Below, in pieces: positions 35,387 to 46,248 of a DNA stretch of 64,000 nucleotides. The DNA is taken from contig CANGGG010000007.1 in the NCBI GenBank assembly GCA_947453415.1, forward strand, positions 866-64,865, given 5' to 3'. The stretch's first letter is position 1, and each line of letters starts with the position of its first letter. Origin of the DNA: Bacteroidota bacterium. GTDB taxonomy: Bacteria; Bacteroidota; Bacteroidia; UKL13-3. A model generated the notes under the pieces. That model made no database searches and was not told where the DNA came from. It worked only from the letters and a program-made list of their open reading frames with translations. The position numbers were made by a program, and so were the translations under genes.

Positions 35387-36253
35387 ATGAAAAAGTTTTT
35401 ATACCATATTTATTCCATTCCTTTGTATTTATTGGCTTTGCTGCCTTTTCCATTGCTGTATTTATTAAGTGATGGTTTGTGCTTTTTGGCTTTTAACCTG
35501 ATTGGCTACCGCAAAAAAGTGGTTTATGAAAACTTGCGTAATTCATTTCCAACATACACTGAAAAAGAAATACATGCCATTGCCAAAAAGTTTTACTCGC
35601 ATTTATTCGATACCATTTTAGAAACTTTTAAATTACTTACTATGAGTAAAAATGGGTTAAAAAAACATGGAGTTTATACCAATTTGGAGGTAATGGATGA
35701 CATTATCAATCAAAATAAAAGCTTTGTAATTTTAACGGGCCATATGGGAAATTGGGAATGGCTGCCCAATATTTGGCATTTAGAAGGCAAGGCAGACATT
35801 GTAGGAATTTACCATAAATTAAGCAGTCCGTTTTTTGAATGGTTTACCAAAAATATGCGAGAAAAATTTGGCATTCAAATGATCACCATGGAAAACACAT
35901 TGCGGGGAATGATTGCGAATAAAAACAAATTAACAGGCACTGGATTTATTTCCGACCAAACACCAAGTAAAGAAAATGCCCATTGGCTCACTTTTTTAAA
36001 CCAAGATACTCCTGTTTTTATGGGTGCCGAAAAAATTGCTAAAAAATTCAATTATCCTGTTATCTATTGTCATATTATAAAACCTAAGCGAGGTTATTAT
36101 GAAATAAAAATAGATGTAATTACCATGGAACCTCAAACTACGCCTGATTTTTATATTACAGAAACGTTTAATAAATTACTAGAAGCCGACATCATCAATC
36201 AACCAGAAATTTGGCTTTGGAGTCATAGAAGATGGAAACATAAGAGGGGTTAA
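35387..36253 (+). CDS. lysophospholipid/lipid A (LpxL/HtrB-like) acyltransferase family protein
   Basis: 288 aa with an N-terminal TM span. The HMGNWEW active-site motif is typical of lauroyl/myristoyl acyltransferases. Confidence 0.8.
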   Translation: MKKFLYHIYSIPLYLLALLPFPLLYLLSDGLCFLAFNLIGYRKKVVYENLRNSFPTYTEKEIHAIAKKFYSHLFDTILETFKLLTMSKNGLKKHGVYTNLEVMDDIINQNKSFVILTGHMGNWEWLPNIWHLEGKADIVGIYHKLSSPFFEWFTKNMREKFGIQMITMENTLRGMIANKNKLTGTGFISDQTPSKENAHWLTFLNQDTPVFMGAEKIAKKFNYPVIYCHIIKPKRGYYEIKIDVITMEPQTTPDFYITETFNKLLEADIINQPEIWLWSHRRWKHKRG

Positions 36254-36308
36254 ATTCATTAAAAATTTCCTTCAATTTTTAATGGATTTCTTCAGTTTTA
36301 AAAATATA

Positions 36309-36348
36309 AAACAGCAAATAATTGATGAAATTATTTGCTGTTTTATTT
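36309..36348 (+). terminator. rho-independent terminator
   Basis: 14-bp stem aaacagcaaataat/attatttgctgttt, followed by ttttattt. Confidence 0.7.
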
Positions 36349-36558
36349 AAAATATCATTTTCCAAAACCCTTCTTTTAAGCCAAAAAATATTTCAAAACA
36401 TTTTTTTCAAAGTTTTTTCTTTTTTCTTTTCATAATTAAATCGCAATGGATTTAGCCTTTGCGTACATTTTGAATAATATAGTTTTTAAAATTAAAAAAT
36501 ATGACTTGACGTTATTATAATATTGATATACATTGCTATACAATTTAATAAAAAAATT

Positions 36559-39500
36559 ATGGATAAAAACTTTACACGAAAAATTTTAATGGTATTATTA
36601 TTTGTAAACTTGGTTTACTATAGTAAAGCTCAGTTAAACTATTTGCCGGGTGGTTTTGCTACCACTGCGGGAACCTATGTAGATTTGGGGTCTAATGGAG
36701 ATTCCATAGTTACTGCCAATAAAGATGATGCTTTTTCTAGTGCATTGCCAATTGGATTTACTTTTAACTTTAATGGCGCTCCTTACGATTCCTTTGTTTT
36801 AAGTACCAATGGATTTATTAAATTGGGTAGAGATTCTGCTTCTCGCCATTATTTGTTTACTACTATGGCCCAACCACCACAAAATGGACCCTTTACTTCG
36901 AATACTTCATCTCCAGCTGGTTACGACAGTTCTATGTTATTTGTATTTGGACAAGATTTAATAAGTGCTACCAATGCCAATGCTGAATATAGAGTTTATA
37001 CTTCTGGTTTTTATGGCTCTAGAGTTTGTACTATACAATGGAAAAATGTAAAAGATAAATTACAAGCTAGTTTAGGTGGACAATATGACACCATGAATTT
37101 TCAGATTAAATTATACGAAACAACCAATGTAATAGAATACGTTTATGGATATTGGAGTACCACTATTGTAATAAGTGCGGCAAGGTTTGCTGCAGTTGGA
37201 ATAGTAGGAAAAAGTGTGACTACTGCTAATCAAAATCTTCATTTAGTAAAAGGTTCTACCATTGCTTGGGGAAGTTCAGTTCCTAACACAGGTTTTTATT
37301 TAAATAATGCAGTTAATTATAGAAATCCTATTAGTTCGCCAGCTGGTCCATTGCCTGGAACTGGCAGAACATTTCAATTCACACCCATTGTATTAAATGA
37401 TGCATCTGTTAGAACAATTTATGCGCAAGGAAAAGTATCAAGGTTATATAATACTCCTGATTCTATTAGGGCTTATATTTCAAACAATGGAGTAAATGCT
37501 ATAAGCAGTTTAGTGGTAACTTTAACCATTAGTGGCGTTCATAGTTATACTACATCAACTACTGTTTCAACTATAGCAGCTGGCTTAAGTACCACAGTAA
37601 GTTTTGCTCCATATTTACCTTTAATAGATGGTGCTTCTATTATTACTGTATCGGTTCCTAGCGATGATAATAATGCAAATAATGTATTAACCAATAGCTA
37701 TTTGGTAAGCCCTTATGAAATGAATTATAGAGATACATTAGTAGCTCATTCGGGAAGTAATGGAATAACAGTTCCTAATTTTTGGGGGTCCAAATATTTT
37801 ATAAAAGATTCAGCAATTATTACAACCATTAAAGCATATTTAGTATCAAATTCTGATGCAACTGGCGATACAGTTTGCGGTATGGTAATGGATACTTTAG
37901 GCAGAATAATTGGCAGATCACCTAATAGAATAGTTCAATCATCGGATTTAGGAACGTATATGGTTTTTTCTATCTCTAATTTGCCTACAGTAACTAATCA
38001 ATCTGTTATTGCTGGAATAGCAGGTGGAACATCTATCAATGGCTTAAATTATTTTTTAGGAACATCACAAACTGAAGTGCCAATAAGAGCGCCCAATCCG
38101 TTTTACTTTATGACCGCTTATGATGCACTTACCGCATCCTATATACCAATTAGCAATTCTGTGGTAGGAACTATTTATGCAGTTCCTGGAATTGTTGGTG
38201 GTCAAACTACTAGATTAATGTTAGAATGTGTTGCTCGCCCTATTCCACAAATTGATGTGGCTCCTGTTTCGTCTTCTTTATCTAACAAATATAATTTGCC
38301 TACGGGCGTAAATTTACCTTTTAGAGTTACAATTCAAAACAAAGGTCAGCAAACACGAGCAGCTGGAATAGCAGTTAGATACAGAGTAAATAATGGTCCT
38401 GTTATTGGTCCAGTAAATACCACAACTTCTATACTTAGAAATGATACTACCAGTGTATTATTTACAGGTACAAATGCTTTAAATTTTTCAACTGCTGGAA
38501 CTTATAGTATTAAATTATATACCAACTTTACCAACGATTCAATTATTTTTAACGACACCATGGTATTAACTTATGTGGTTGCTCCGCAAAACACCTTACC
38601 ATTTAGGTCATCAGGAACTAATTTAACAACCCAATGGACTATAAATAATGCCAATGCTGTTAAACCAATTTGGAAAACATCGGCATCAGTTACACAAGCA
38701 AATGGAAGTGCAAGCGTTTCGTTAATGGCCGATAATATTAACTATAACGACAATGGAAGAATTGTTTCTTCTTCTTCATTTAATTTTTCAGGAAAAGCGC
38801 ATCCAACTTTGTTTTATTCATTGGCACATGCACCTAATACAAGCACATCAAACGAAGATACTTTTGATATTGAAGTTTCAACTGATGGTGGAAATACTTT
38901 TACGGTTATTGAAACTTTAACAGACCAAAATGGTAATCCTAGTTTAGGAACAGCAGCGGTACAAAGTACTACATATGCTCCTTCATCTACTATACAATGG
39001 CGCCAAGCTACGGTTGATTTATCCGCCTATGCCAACAATACATACGTGCAAATTGCATTTAGAAGCAGATCAGGTTTAGGAAATCAGATTTATATTAATA
39101 ATATCAACGTGTTAAATGCAGTTACATTAAGCCAACAAAGTGTTACTTCTGCTACGTTTTATTCAGCTGGAAACATCAGTGTTTCATATACTTCATCTAT
39201 TGGTGCATCTAATGGAGTTTTATCTGTAAGTCGTTTTGGAGGCACACCAGTTTTTAGCAGTGCCAGTCCAGTTTTTGTAACTAATTCTACGGCTTCTACT
39301 AATAATTCGGCTGTGTTTACACCAAACGTAGTAAGTCCTTCTGCTTGGTATTCTGTTAATTATTCAGGAATTGGAACAGGTTATTTACCAGGAACAGCAC
39401 CTTTCGATTTATACTTTAATACTTCAGTAATTGGTGGAGTTCAAAGTCCTGATAGTTTATATTTAGTTAGAAGGTCTGAATCTACAGGTGGTTGGGTAGC

Positions 39501-40152
39501 TTTAAATACTACTTTAACTTCAGGTTTATTGGTAGCTGCAGGCCTAACATCCTATGGCGATTTTGGAGTAGCAAGTGCTTCATCGGTTAATACTTTGCCA
39601 GTAAAATGGTTAACATTTAACGCTACAAAAATTGATAAAAACAATATTCAATTGGCTTGGTCTACTGCTTCTGAAACTAATAATAATGGTTTTGAAATAG
39701 AACGAAGTTACGATGCTAAAAACTATACCAATATTGGTTTTGTAAAAGGAGCTGGAACTAGTAATAAATTGAATAATTACTCATTTGTTGATGCTAATAC
39801 AAATGGTTTTGATGTATATTATAGATTGAAACAAATAGATTTTGATGGTAATTTCTCATACTCAAACATTGTTAAAATTAGCAATACTGATAATGGCACA
39901 TTTGATATTGTAAATGTGCAACCAAATCCATTTGATAATGAATTAAATATTAGAATAAACGCTATTTCTGATAAAAATATTCAAGTGTTAATTTACGATT
40001 CAAAAGGTGCATTGGTAAGTGAAAGAAATGTAAGTGCAATACTGGGTTTAAATATCATAAACATTGACAATGCCAATGTTTTACCTAAAGGTTTTTATGT
40101 GTTAAAAGTTACCCAAGGCGGAATAACTAAAGCCGTTAAATTGGTGAAATAA
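36559..40152 (+). CDS. large secreted protein with MAM/choice-of-anchor-J-like unit and T9SS type A C-terminal sorting domain
   Basis: 1197 aa from ATG 36559 (signal peptide MDKNFTRKILMVLLFVNLVYYSKAQ). Pre-CTD unit LPVKWLTFNATK...GFEIERSYD...YYRLKQIDFDGNFSYS. CTD VQPNPFDNELNIRI...KGFYVLKV. Function unknown. Confidence 0.8.
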   Translation: MDKNFTRKILMVLLFVNLVYYSKAQLNYLPGGFATTAGTYVDLGSNGDSIVTANKDDAFSSALPIGFTFNFNGAPYDSFVLSTNGFIKLGRDSASRHYLFTTMAQPPQNGPFTSNTSSPAGYDSSMLFVFGQDLISATNANAEYRVYTSGFYGSRVCTIQWKNVKDKLQASLGGQYDTMNFQIKLYETTNVIEYVYGYWSTTIVISAARFAAVGIVGKSVTTANQNLHLVKGSTIAWGSSVPNTGFYLNNAVNYRNPISSPAGPLPGTGRTFQFTPIVLNDASVRTIYAQGKVSRLYNTPDSIRAYISNNGVNAISSLVVTLTISGVHSYTTSTTVSTIAAGLSTTVSFAPYLPLIDGASIITVSVPSDDNNANNVLTNSYLVSPYEMNYRDTLVAHSGSNGITVPNFWGSKYFIKDSAIITTIKAYLVSNSDATGDTVCGMVMDTLGRIIGRSPNRIVQSSDLGTYMVFSISNLPTVTNQSVIAGIAGGTSINGLNYFLGTSQTEVPIRAPNPFYFMTAYDALTASYIPISNSVVGTIYAVPGIVGGQTTRLMLECVARPIPQIDVAPVSSSLSNKYNLPTGVNLPFRVTIQNKGQQTRAAGIAVRYRVNNGPVIGPVNTTTSILRNDTTSVLFTGTNALNFSTAGTYSIKLYTNFTNDSIIFNDTMVLTYVVAPQNTLPFRSSGTNLTTQWTINNANAVKPIWKTSASVTQANGSASVSLMADNINYNDNGRIVSSSSFNFSGKAHPTLFYSLAHAPNTSTSNEDTFDIEVSTDGGNTFTVIETLTDQNGNPSLGTAAVQSTTYAPSSTIQWRQATVDLSAYANNTYVQIAFRSRSGLGNQIYINNINVLNAVTLSQQSVTSATFYSAGNISVSYTSSIGASNGVLSVSRFGGTPVFSSASPVFVTNSTASTNNSAVFTPNVVSPSAWYSVNYSGIGTGYLPGTAPFDLYFNTSVIGGVQSPDSLYLVRRSESTGGWVALNTTLTSGLLVAAGLTSYGDFGVASASSVNTLPVKWLTFNATKIDKNNIQLAWSTASETNNNGFEIERSYDAKNYTNIGFVKGAGTSNKLNNYSFVDANTNGFDVYYRLKQIDFDGNFSYSNIVKISNTDNGTFDIVNVQPNPFDNELNIRINAISDKNIQVLIYDSKGALVSERNVSAILGLNIINIDNANVLPKGFYVLKVTQGGITKAVKLVK

Positions 40153-40175
40153 AATGGTTTTAATACATTAAAAAA

Positions 40176-40209
40176 AGAGGCTATCCCAAAAGGAAAGCCT
40201 CTTTTTTTT
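40176..40209 (+). terminator. rho-independent terminator
   Basis: Stem agaggct/agcctct followed by T8. Confidence 0.75.
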
Positions 40210-40210
40210 A

Positions 40211-40280
40211 GTCACATTGAGCGTAGTCGAAATGTTTTGAAAACGCTAAGTTAAGTTCTCGACTCCGCTCGAACTGACGA
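40211..40280. repeat. palindromic word element, gagcgtagtcga / ctcgac..cgctcgaa class
   Basis: Imperfect arms of about 23 nt, gtcacattgagcgtagtcgaaat / ttctcgactccgctcgaactgac. Same family as 48869-48925. Confidence 0.8.
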
Positions 40281-40354
40281 GCATTTATTTTAGGTTGATG
40301 TCTTCACCAATCGAAAAGTGGAATTAAAAATAAACTATCTCAAAACAATAAACC

Positions 40355-41836
40355 TTAAATCGTTTGTGTTAAAATCTTTTTCCAATTAATAGCGTCATCT
40401 AAAATACTTTTGATGCTGCTGATTGGAATGCGTTCTTGCACCATCGAATCGCGGTGGCGGATAGTTACTGTTTGGTTTTCTAAACTTTCATGATCTACCG
40501 TAATGCAAAATGGAGTTCCTAATGCATCTTGTCTGCGATAGCGCTTGCCAATGGCATCTTTTTCTTCGTAAAAACAGTTATAATCAAACTTCAAATCGTC
40601 AATGATTTTACGTGCCACTTCTGGCAATCCATCTTTTTTAGTTAATGGGAAAATAGCCACTTTGTAAGGTGCTAAAATTGGAGGTAAAGCCAAAACTACT
40701 CGTGTATCTTTTTTATCTCCTTCGCCTACTTCTTCTTCTTTGTAGCTGGCGCAAAGTGTGTATAAAAACAATCGGTCTAAACCAATACTGGTTTCTATTA
40801 CATAAGGAATATAATTGCCATAAGGTTTTCCATTTTCGTCTAAATCAGCATCAAAATATTGCATTTTTTTGCCTGAATGATCTTGGTGACTTTTTAAGTC
40901 AAAATCAGTTCTGGAATGAATGCCTTCTACTTCTTTAAATCCAAAAGGAAAATCGAATTCAATATCGGTTGCCGCATCAGCATAATGTGCTAGTTTTACA
41001 TGGTCGTGAAAGCGGTAACTCGCTTTATCAAATCCCAATGCTAAATGCCATTTTATTCTAGCTTCTTTCCAATATTCGAACCATTGTTTTTGTGTACCCG
41101 GACGAACAAAAAACTGCATTTCCATTTGTTCAAACTCACGCATGCGCATAATGAATTGGCGCGCTATAATTTCGTTTCTAAATGCTTTTCCGGTTTGTGC
41201 TATTCCAAAAGGAATTTTCATCCTGCCACTTTTTTGAACATTTAAAAAATTCACAAAAATTCCTTGCGCAGTTTCTGGACGTAAGTATATTTTATCAGCA
41301 TCTTCGGCCATTGCACCCATTTCGGTGCTAAACATTAAATTGAATTGGCGCACATCGGTCCAGTTTCGAGTACCGCTAATAGGACAAGCAATTTCGTGTT
41401 GCTCTATTAACGTTTTTAGTTGATCTAAATCGTTTGCCAAAAGTGCATTATCCAAAGCAGTTTGTAACTCATCGGCTTTATTGGTTTTGCCATCTTTTTG
41501 GTATTTAGCAATTTTATCTTCCAATAAATTATCAGCACGGTAACGCTTTTTACTGTCTTTATTGTCAATCATTGGATCGCTGAAACCATCAATATGGCCG
41601 CTGGCTTTCCAAGTTTTTGGGTGCATAAAAATAGCAGCATCTAATCCCACAATATTATCGTGAGTTTGCACCATAAATTTCCACCAATATTGGCGCAAAT
41701 TATTTTTTAGCTCCACACCATTTTGCCCGTAATCATATACCGCACCTAAACCGTTATCATAAATTTCGCTGCTGGTAAATACAAAACCGTATTCTTTGCA
41801 ATGCGATACTACTTTTTTAAATATATCTTCACTCAT
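40355..41836 (-). CDS. glyQS: glycine--tRNA ligase (class II, homodimeric type)
   Basis: 493 aa. Class II motifs FRNEIIARQFIMRMREFEQMEMQFF and GIHSRTDFDL, plus a C-terminal anticodon-binding domain. Confidence 0.93.
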   Translation of the reverse strand: MSEDIFKKVVSHCKEYGFVFTSSEIYDNGLGAVYDYGQNGVELKNNLRQYWWKFMVQTHDNIVGLDAAIFMHPKTWKASGHIDGFSDPMIDNKDSKKRYRADNLLEDKIAKYQKDGKTNKADELQTALDNALLANDLDQLKTLIEQHEIACPISGTRNWTDVRQFNLMFSTEMGAMAEDADKIYLRPETAQGIFVNFLNVQKSGRMKIPFGIAQTGKAFRNEIIARQFIMRMREFEQMEMQFFVRPGTQKQWFEYWKEARIKWHLALGFDKASYRFHDHVKLAHYADAATDIEFDFPFGFKEVEGIHSRTDFDLKSHQDHSGKKMQYFDADLDENGKPYGNYIPYVIETSIGLDRLFLYTLCASYKEEEVGEGDKKDTRVVLALPPILAPYKVAIFPLTKKDGLPEVARKIIDDLKFDYNCFYEEKDAIGKRYRRQDALGTPFCITVDHESLENQTVTIRHRDSMVQERIPISSIKSILDDAINWKKILTQTI

Positions 41837-41875
41837 AAATTGAGGCGCAAAATAAGCAAAACTTGTTGATTTTTG

Positions 41876-41921
41876 ATTTAGAGATTTAGAGATTTAGAGA
41901 TTTGGAGATTTGGAGATTTGT
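41876..41921. repeat. 8-bp tandem repeat (gatttaga x3, gatttgga x2, gatttg)
   Basis: Read directly. Lies in the divergent glyQS-recJ intergenic region, 40 nt upstream of the glyQS ATG. Confidence 0.95.
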
Positions 41922-42058
41922 TTTATTGTTTTTTGTTGGATTGATAGATGGCTGAATTGTTAAATTGATGTTTTACCAATTTTTTCAAACTAAAAATAAG
42001 CCATTTACATAAAAAATGAAATAAAATTAGTTACAATACACTACATTCGCCACACATT

Positions 42059-43765
42059 ATGCAAAAACAATGGCGAGCAAAATCCGAACCCGATAAGAAG
42101 ACTGTTGAAGCCTTGTCTAGTGCTATTAATGTAAACAAAGTGCTTTCAGGAATTTTGGTGCAGCGTGGCGTTGATACATTTGAAAAAGCAAAGAATTTTT
42201 TTAGGCCTCAATATTCCCACATGCACGATCCTTTTATTATGAAAGGAATGACCAGAGCCATTGAAAGAATAGACGAAGCCTTAGCAAAAAATCAAAAAAT
42301 ATTAATTTATGGCGATTACGATGTGGATGGAACTACTTCGGTTGCTACTGTTTACGATTTTTTTTCCAAGCGTTTTAAAGAAATAGAATATTATATTCCC
42401 GATAGATATACCGAAGGTTATGGCATATCGTTTATGGCCATTGACTGGGCTAGCAATAATGGTTACAGTTTAATTATAGCGTTAGATTGTGGTATAAAAG
42501 CCAACGATAAAGTAAAATATGCCAACAAAAAAGGCGTTGATTTTATTATTTGCGACCATCATTTACCAGGCGATGAATTGCCAGAGGCAGTAGCTATTTT
42601 AAATCCAAAACAAGCCGATTGCCCTTATCCTTTTAAAGAACTTTCGGGCTGTGGAATTGGGTTAAAATTAGTGCAAGGATATTGCATTAAACACGAAATT
42701 GATTTTAAAGAAGTAGAAGAATACATGGACCTTTCGGCCATTAGTGTAGCCAGCGATTTGGTGCCTATTATGGACGAAAACCGAGTAATTACTTACCAAG
42801 GTTTAAAAAAACTAAAAACAAATCCGAACCGAGGTATCAAAGCATTGTTAGAAAATTATGCGCCTAGGCCAGAATATTCGGTAAATGATATTGTGTTTTT
42901 TATTGGACCAAGAATAAATGCAGCAGGTAGAATTGCAGATGCAAAAGATTCGGTGAGGCTAATGATTTCTGATAAAGACAAAGATTCGGCAGAAATTGCT
43001 GAAATGATTAACCATCACAATAACGAACGCAGAAACTTTGATAGCAGCATCACCGAAGAAGCTTTTAATATGATTTTGGCCGATAAAGATTTTCATAGCC
43101 GAAAATCTACGGTTTTATTTCATTCAGAATGGCACAAAGGTGTAATTGGAATTGTGGCTTCGCGATTAATTGAAAAATACTACAGACCAACTATTGTTCT
43201 TACAGAAAGCAATGGAATGGCAGCTGGTTCTGCTCGTTCTGTAGAGGGTTTTGATTTATACGGTGCCATTGAAGAATGTGCGGATTTATTAGAACAATAC
43301 GGTGGACATACACATGCTGCTGGTTTAACTTTAAGGGTAGAAAATGTTCCAAAATTTCAAGAAAAATTTGAAGCAATTGTTTCCAAAAACATTGTTACAC
43401 GGAGTTTAACACCCGAAATAGAATACGATACTGAAATTCCTTTTAGGGCTATAACACCAAAGTTTTTTAGTGTGCTAAAGCAATTTGCTCCTTTTGGACC
43501 AGGCAATGCAAGCCCAATTTTTATGACCAGAAATGTATGGGATGTAGGCGATGCAACCATTGTTGGAAACAACCATTTGCGCTTAAGTTTAACCCACGAA
43601 GAAGGTGGAAGAATATACAAAGCAATTGGTTTTGGATTAGGCGAACACCATGATAAAGTAGCGCAAGGAATTAGCTTTGATATTTGTTATTATATAGAAG
43701 AAAATTTCTTTAACGGACACGTAAATTTACAACTGAATATTAAAGATATTTTGTTTAAAACGTAA
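42059..43765 (+). CDS. recJ: single-stranded-DNA-specific exonuclease RecJ
   Basis: 568 aa. DHH motifs IYGDYDVDGTTS, DCGI, ICDHH and the DHHA1 GGHTHAAG. Confidence 0.95.
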   Translation: MQKQWRAKSEPDKKTVEALSSAINVNKVLSGILVQRGVDTFEKAKNFFRPQYSHMHDPFIMKGMTRAIERIDEALAKNQKILIYGDYDVDGTTSVATVYDFFSKRFKEIEYYIPDRYTEGYGISFMAIDWASNNGYSLIIALDCGIKANDKVKYANKKGVDFIICDHHLPGDELPEAVAILNPKQADCPYPFKELSGCGIGLKLVQGYCIKHEIDFKEVEEYMDLSAISVASDLVPIMDENRVITYQGLKKLKTNPNRGIKALLENYAPRPEYSVNDIVFFIGPRINAAGRIADAKDSVRLMISDKDKDSAEIAEMINHHNNERRNFDSSITEEAFNMILADKDFHSRKSTVLFHSEWHKGVIGIVASRLIEKYYRPTIVLTESNGMAAGSARSVEGFDLYGAIEECADLLEQYGGHTHAAGLTLRVENVPKFQEKFEAIVSKNIVTRSLTPEIEYDTEIPFRAITPKFFSVLKQFAPFGPGNASPIFMTRNVWDVGDATIVGNNHLRLSLTHEEGGRIYKAIGFGLGEHHDKVAQGISFDICYYIEENFFNGHVNLQLNIKDILFKT

Positions 43766-45428
43766 TTTCTACTTCCATTTCTTTACCATCTCTAACTACA
43801 ATGGCTTTTACTTTTTCGCCTTTGCTGTATTTACCCAAACATTTCATGTAAGCTTGCATATCGGTAACTTCGTCAACGCCTAATTTTATAAGGGTGTCGC
43901 CACGTTTTAAGTTTGCATTTGCAGCAGGTCTTCCCTCTGTAACTCCATCTATTCTTACCCCTTTTCCCTCGTATAAATAATCGGGCATAATGCCTAAAGT
44001 TACTTTAAAACTAGTGCTTCCTGTGCTTGAATGCGTGTCTTTGGTTTTAGTGAATTTTAAACGTGGTTCATTTTCTAAATTATAAACCAAATTATATATG
44101 TATTTGATGACTGATAATTCACCTTTATAATTAATCAAATGATCGTCATCGCTAGGTTTGTGATAATCGTAATGTGAACCAGTAAAGAAATGTAAAACAG
44201 GAATTCCAATATTATAAAATGATGTGTGATCACTAGCACCCACGCCACTTTCCGATGTTTTTGGTTTTATACCTTCAATATTAATATTAGCCAAAGCAGT
44301 GTTCCATGTTGGCGATGTTCCTACACCATCAATAGCAAAAGTTTGTTTGGCAGTATCTAACCTTCCAAGCATATCCATATTTATCATGTAGTTAATTTTG
44401 GTGGTGTCAATGGTTGGATTTTTGCAAAAATAATTAGAACCTAAAAGACCTTCTTCCTCGCCACTAAATGCAATGAACAAATAATTATATTTACTTAAAT
44501 GTGCTTTTTTTATAACTTCGGCTAATTCAATTAAAGCAGCGGTTCCACTTGCATTGTCATCGGCACCGTTATGAATTTGTGGTTTTTCGTTTTCGATTTT
44601 TCGGTAAGTGGAACCGCCTAATTCATTATAACCCAAATGGTCGTAATGCGCACCAATGACTACTGTTTGCGCAGCTTTATTGTTTAAATATGCAATTACA
44701 TTATGGCCGGTTAAAGTTCTTGAAATGGTATCAATATTTAATTCTACAGAAGCATTGTCAAAATGAATGGAGTCAATTTTAAACTCATGAGAAATAAAAT
44801 AAACAGGTATTTTGTAAAAATGATTTTTGAAAAACGGTTTGAATTCTGGTTCTAAAACATCCGCATTTTGGTTAATAATAATGACAGCTTTAGCGCCTAA
44901 AGCAATGGCGGTATCTATTTTATTTTCTAGTCCAATTTTGTTGTTTGGGTTGTTTTTATCGGCTAATTTATACACCAATATTTTTCCATCTAAATGCTTT
45001 TTATTTAAATAATCGGTAGTATTTCCAGCTCCAAGCCAAATAGTTTTTCCTTTAATTTTTCCAAAATTACTTTCACTTAAAGGATAAAAACCAGTTGGGT
45101 TTATGCCTCCTAAAACTTTTTCAAAACTTTTCCTGCTCATAGAAAAAGAAACATTATTGTACGATAACTTACTTAAAGTAAAAGCTTGCAAAAACCCACC
45201 ATCAGTGCCTTTAGCAGTTAATCCAAGTGATTGAAAATTATCAATTAAAAACTCATAGGCTAATTTTTCTCCACGGCTTCCCATTAATCGTCCCTCTAAC
45301 CTGTCGCTTGCTAAGTAACTTAAGTTTTGTTCCAATGAATTGATGGTTTCTTCATCGGTTTTAATTAAATTTTGAGCAAATAAATTGCCAAAGGCACTAA
45401 ATAATAGAATGGATAATAAGTATTTCAT
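43755..45428 (-). CDS. M28 family metallopeptidase with C-terminal PDZ domain
   Basis: 557 aa with a signal peptide. Motifs GAHYDHLG, GADDNASGTAALIELA, FIAFSGEEEGLLGS. PDZ-like GVRIDGVTEGRPAANANLKRGDTLIKLG. Its stop overlaps the recJ stop region by 11 nt (convergent). Confidence 0.85.
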   Translation of the reverse strand: MKYLLSILLFSAFGNLFAQNLIKTDEETINSLEQNLSYLASDRLEGRLMGSRGEKLAYEFLIDNFQSLGLTAKGTDGGFLQAFTLSKLSYNNVSFSMSRKSFEKVLGGINPTGFYPLSESNFGKIKGKTIWLGAGNTTDYLNKKHLDGKILVYKLADKNNPNNKIGLENKIDTAIALGAKAVIIINQNADVLEPEFKPFFKNHFYKIPVYFISHEFKIDSIHFDNASVELNIDTISRTLTGHNVIAYLNNKAAQTVVIGAHYDHLGYNELGGSTYRKIENEKPQIHNGADDNASGTAALIELAEVIKKAHLSKYNYLFIAFSGEEEGLLGSNYFCKNPTIDTTKINYMINMDMLGRLDTAKQTFAIDGVGTSPTWNTALANINIEGIKPKTSESGVGASDHTSFYNIGIPVLHFFTGSHYDYHKPSDDDHLINYKGELSVIKYIYNLVYNLENEPRLKFTKTKDTHSSTGSTSFKVTLGIMPDYLYEGKGVRIDGVTEGRPAANANLKRGDTLIKLGVDEVTDMQAYMKCLGKYSKGEKVKAIVVRDGKEMEVEITF

Positions 45429-46230
45429 AAATAACTTTTAATAAAACAATGGAAGCAAAGCTAGCGAATATAATTCGAATGGTTTGCGATTTGCTTTTTT
45501 GAGCAGTTTTTACGCCCATTTGAGCAAATAAAAATGTTCCAATAATTAAAGGTAAAGCAATGGGTAAAAGGATGTAACCAAATTGGAAATTGTTTACATA
45601 ATTTTGGGGAACAGCATTTAAATTTAAAATGCCAATTACAATAGCAAAACCAAGGATAACACCAGTAGAAATAGCGCTTGCTTTTTTAATATCTATCTTC
45701 ATCCATTCGGTAAAAACAGGCGTCATAATTACTCCGCCTCCTAAGCCCGACATGGCAGTAACTATGCCAGCAAAAGCGCCTGTAATATTGTATTTGTAGT
45801 TATCGGCTTTGGTGCTTTCAGCAATGATTGCTTTGGGTTTTGATAAAAACATTTTGAAAACAACAAACAAAAGCATGGATAAAAAAAAGTATAAAAACAC
45901 ATCGCGGCTGTACCAAGTTCCTTTGTTAATTAAGGTTTGTAAAATAACTACGCTTACTATTCCTGGTAATAATGTTTGTAATATTTCCTTAAAAAATAAA
46001 TTGCCTAATTTGTACTGTTTGTAGCTTGCTACAGCTGCCGAAAACATAATTACAAAAAGTGAATTTGCTAAAACTGCTTTTACCAATTCTGTATCATGAA
46101 AATACTTTGAAAGGAAATAATCTAATACAGGAACATAAATGATGCCACCGCCAACGCCCAAATAACCCGACATAAAGCCACCAAATGAGCCAAATAAAAA
46201 TAGAATAATAAAATCGTTTATTGATAACAT
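45397..46230 (-). CDS. sulfite exporter TauE/SafE family membrane protein
   Basis: 277 aa with about 8 TM spans. GVGGGIIYVP and GLGGGVIMTP half-repeats. Confidence 0.8.
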   Translation of the reverse strand: MLSINDFIILFLFGSFGGFMSGYLGVGGGIIYVPVLDYFLSKYFHDTELVKAVLANSLFVIMFSAAVASYKQYKLGNLFFKEILQTLLPGIVSVVILQTLINKGTWYSRDVFLYFFLSMLLFVVFKMFLSKPKAIIAESTKADNYKYNITGAFAGIVTAMSGLGGGVIMTPVFTEWMKIDIKKASAISTGVILGFAIVIGILNLNAVPQNYVNNFQFGYILLPIALPLIIGTFLFAQMGVKTAQKSKSQTIRIIFASFASIVLLKVIYEILIIHSII

Positions 46231-46248
46231 TTTTTATATAGGTAAATG

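Noticed and set aside
41876-41921. Possible CRISPR array or other spaced-repeat locus. The palindromes at 2337-2501, 5246-5307 and 48869-48925 were considered here too.
   Set aside because: The 8-mers are contiguous with no spacers. The palindromes are single or paired with no regular repeat-spacer periodicity. No cas genes are present in the window.
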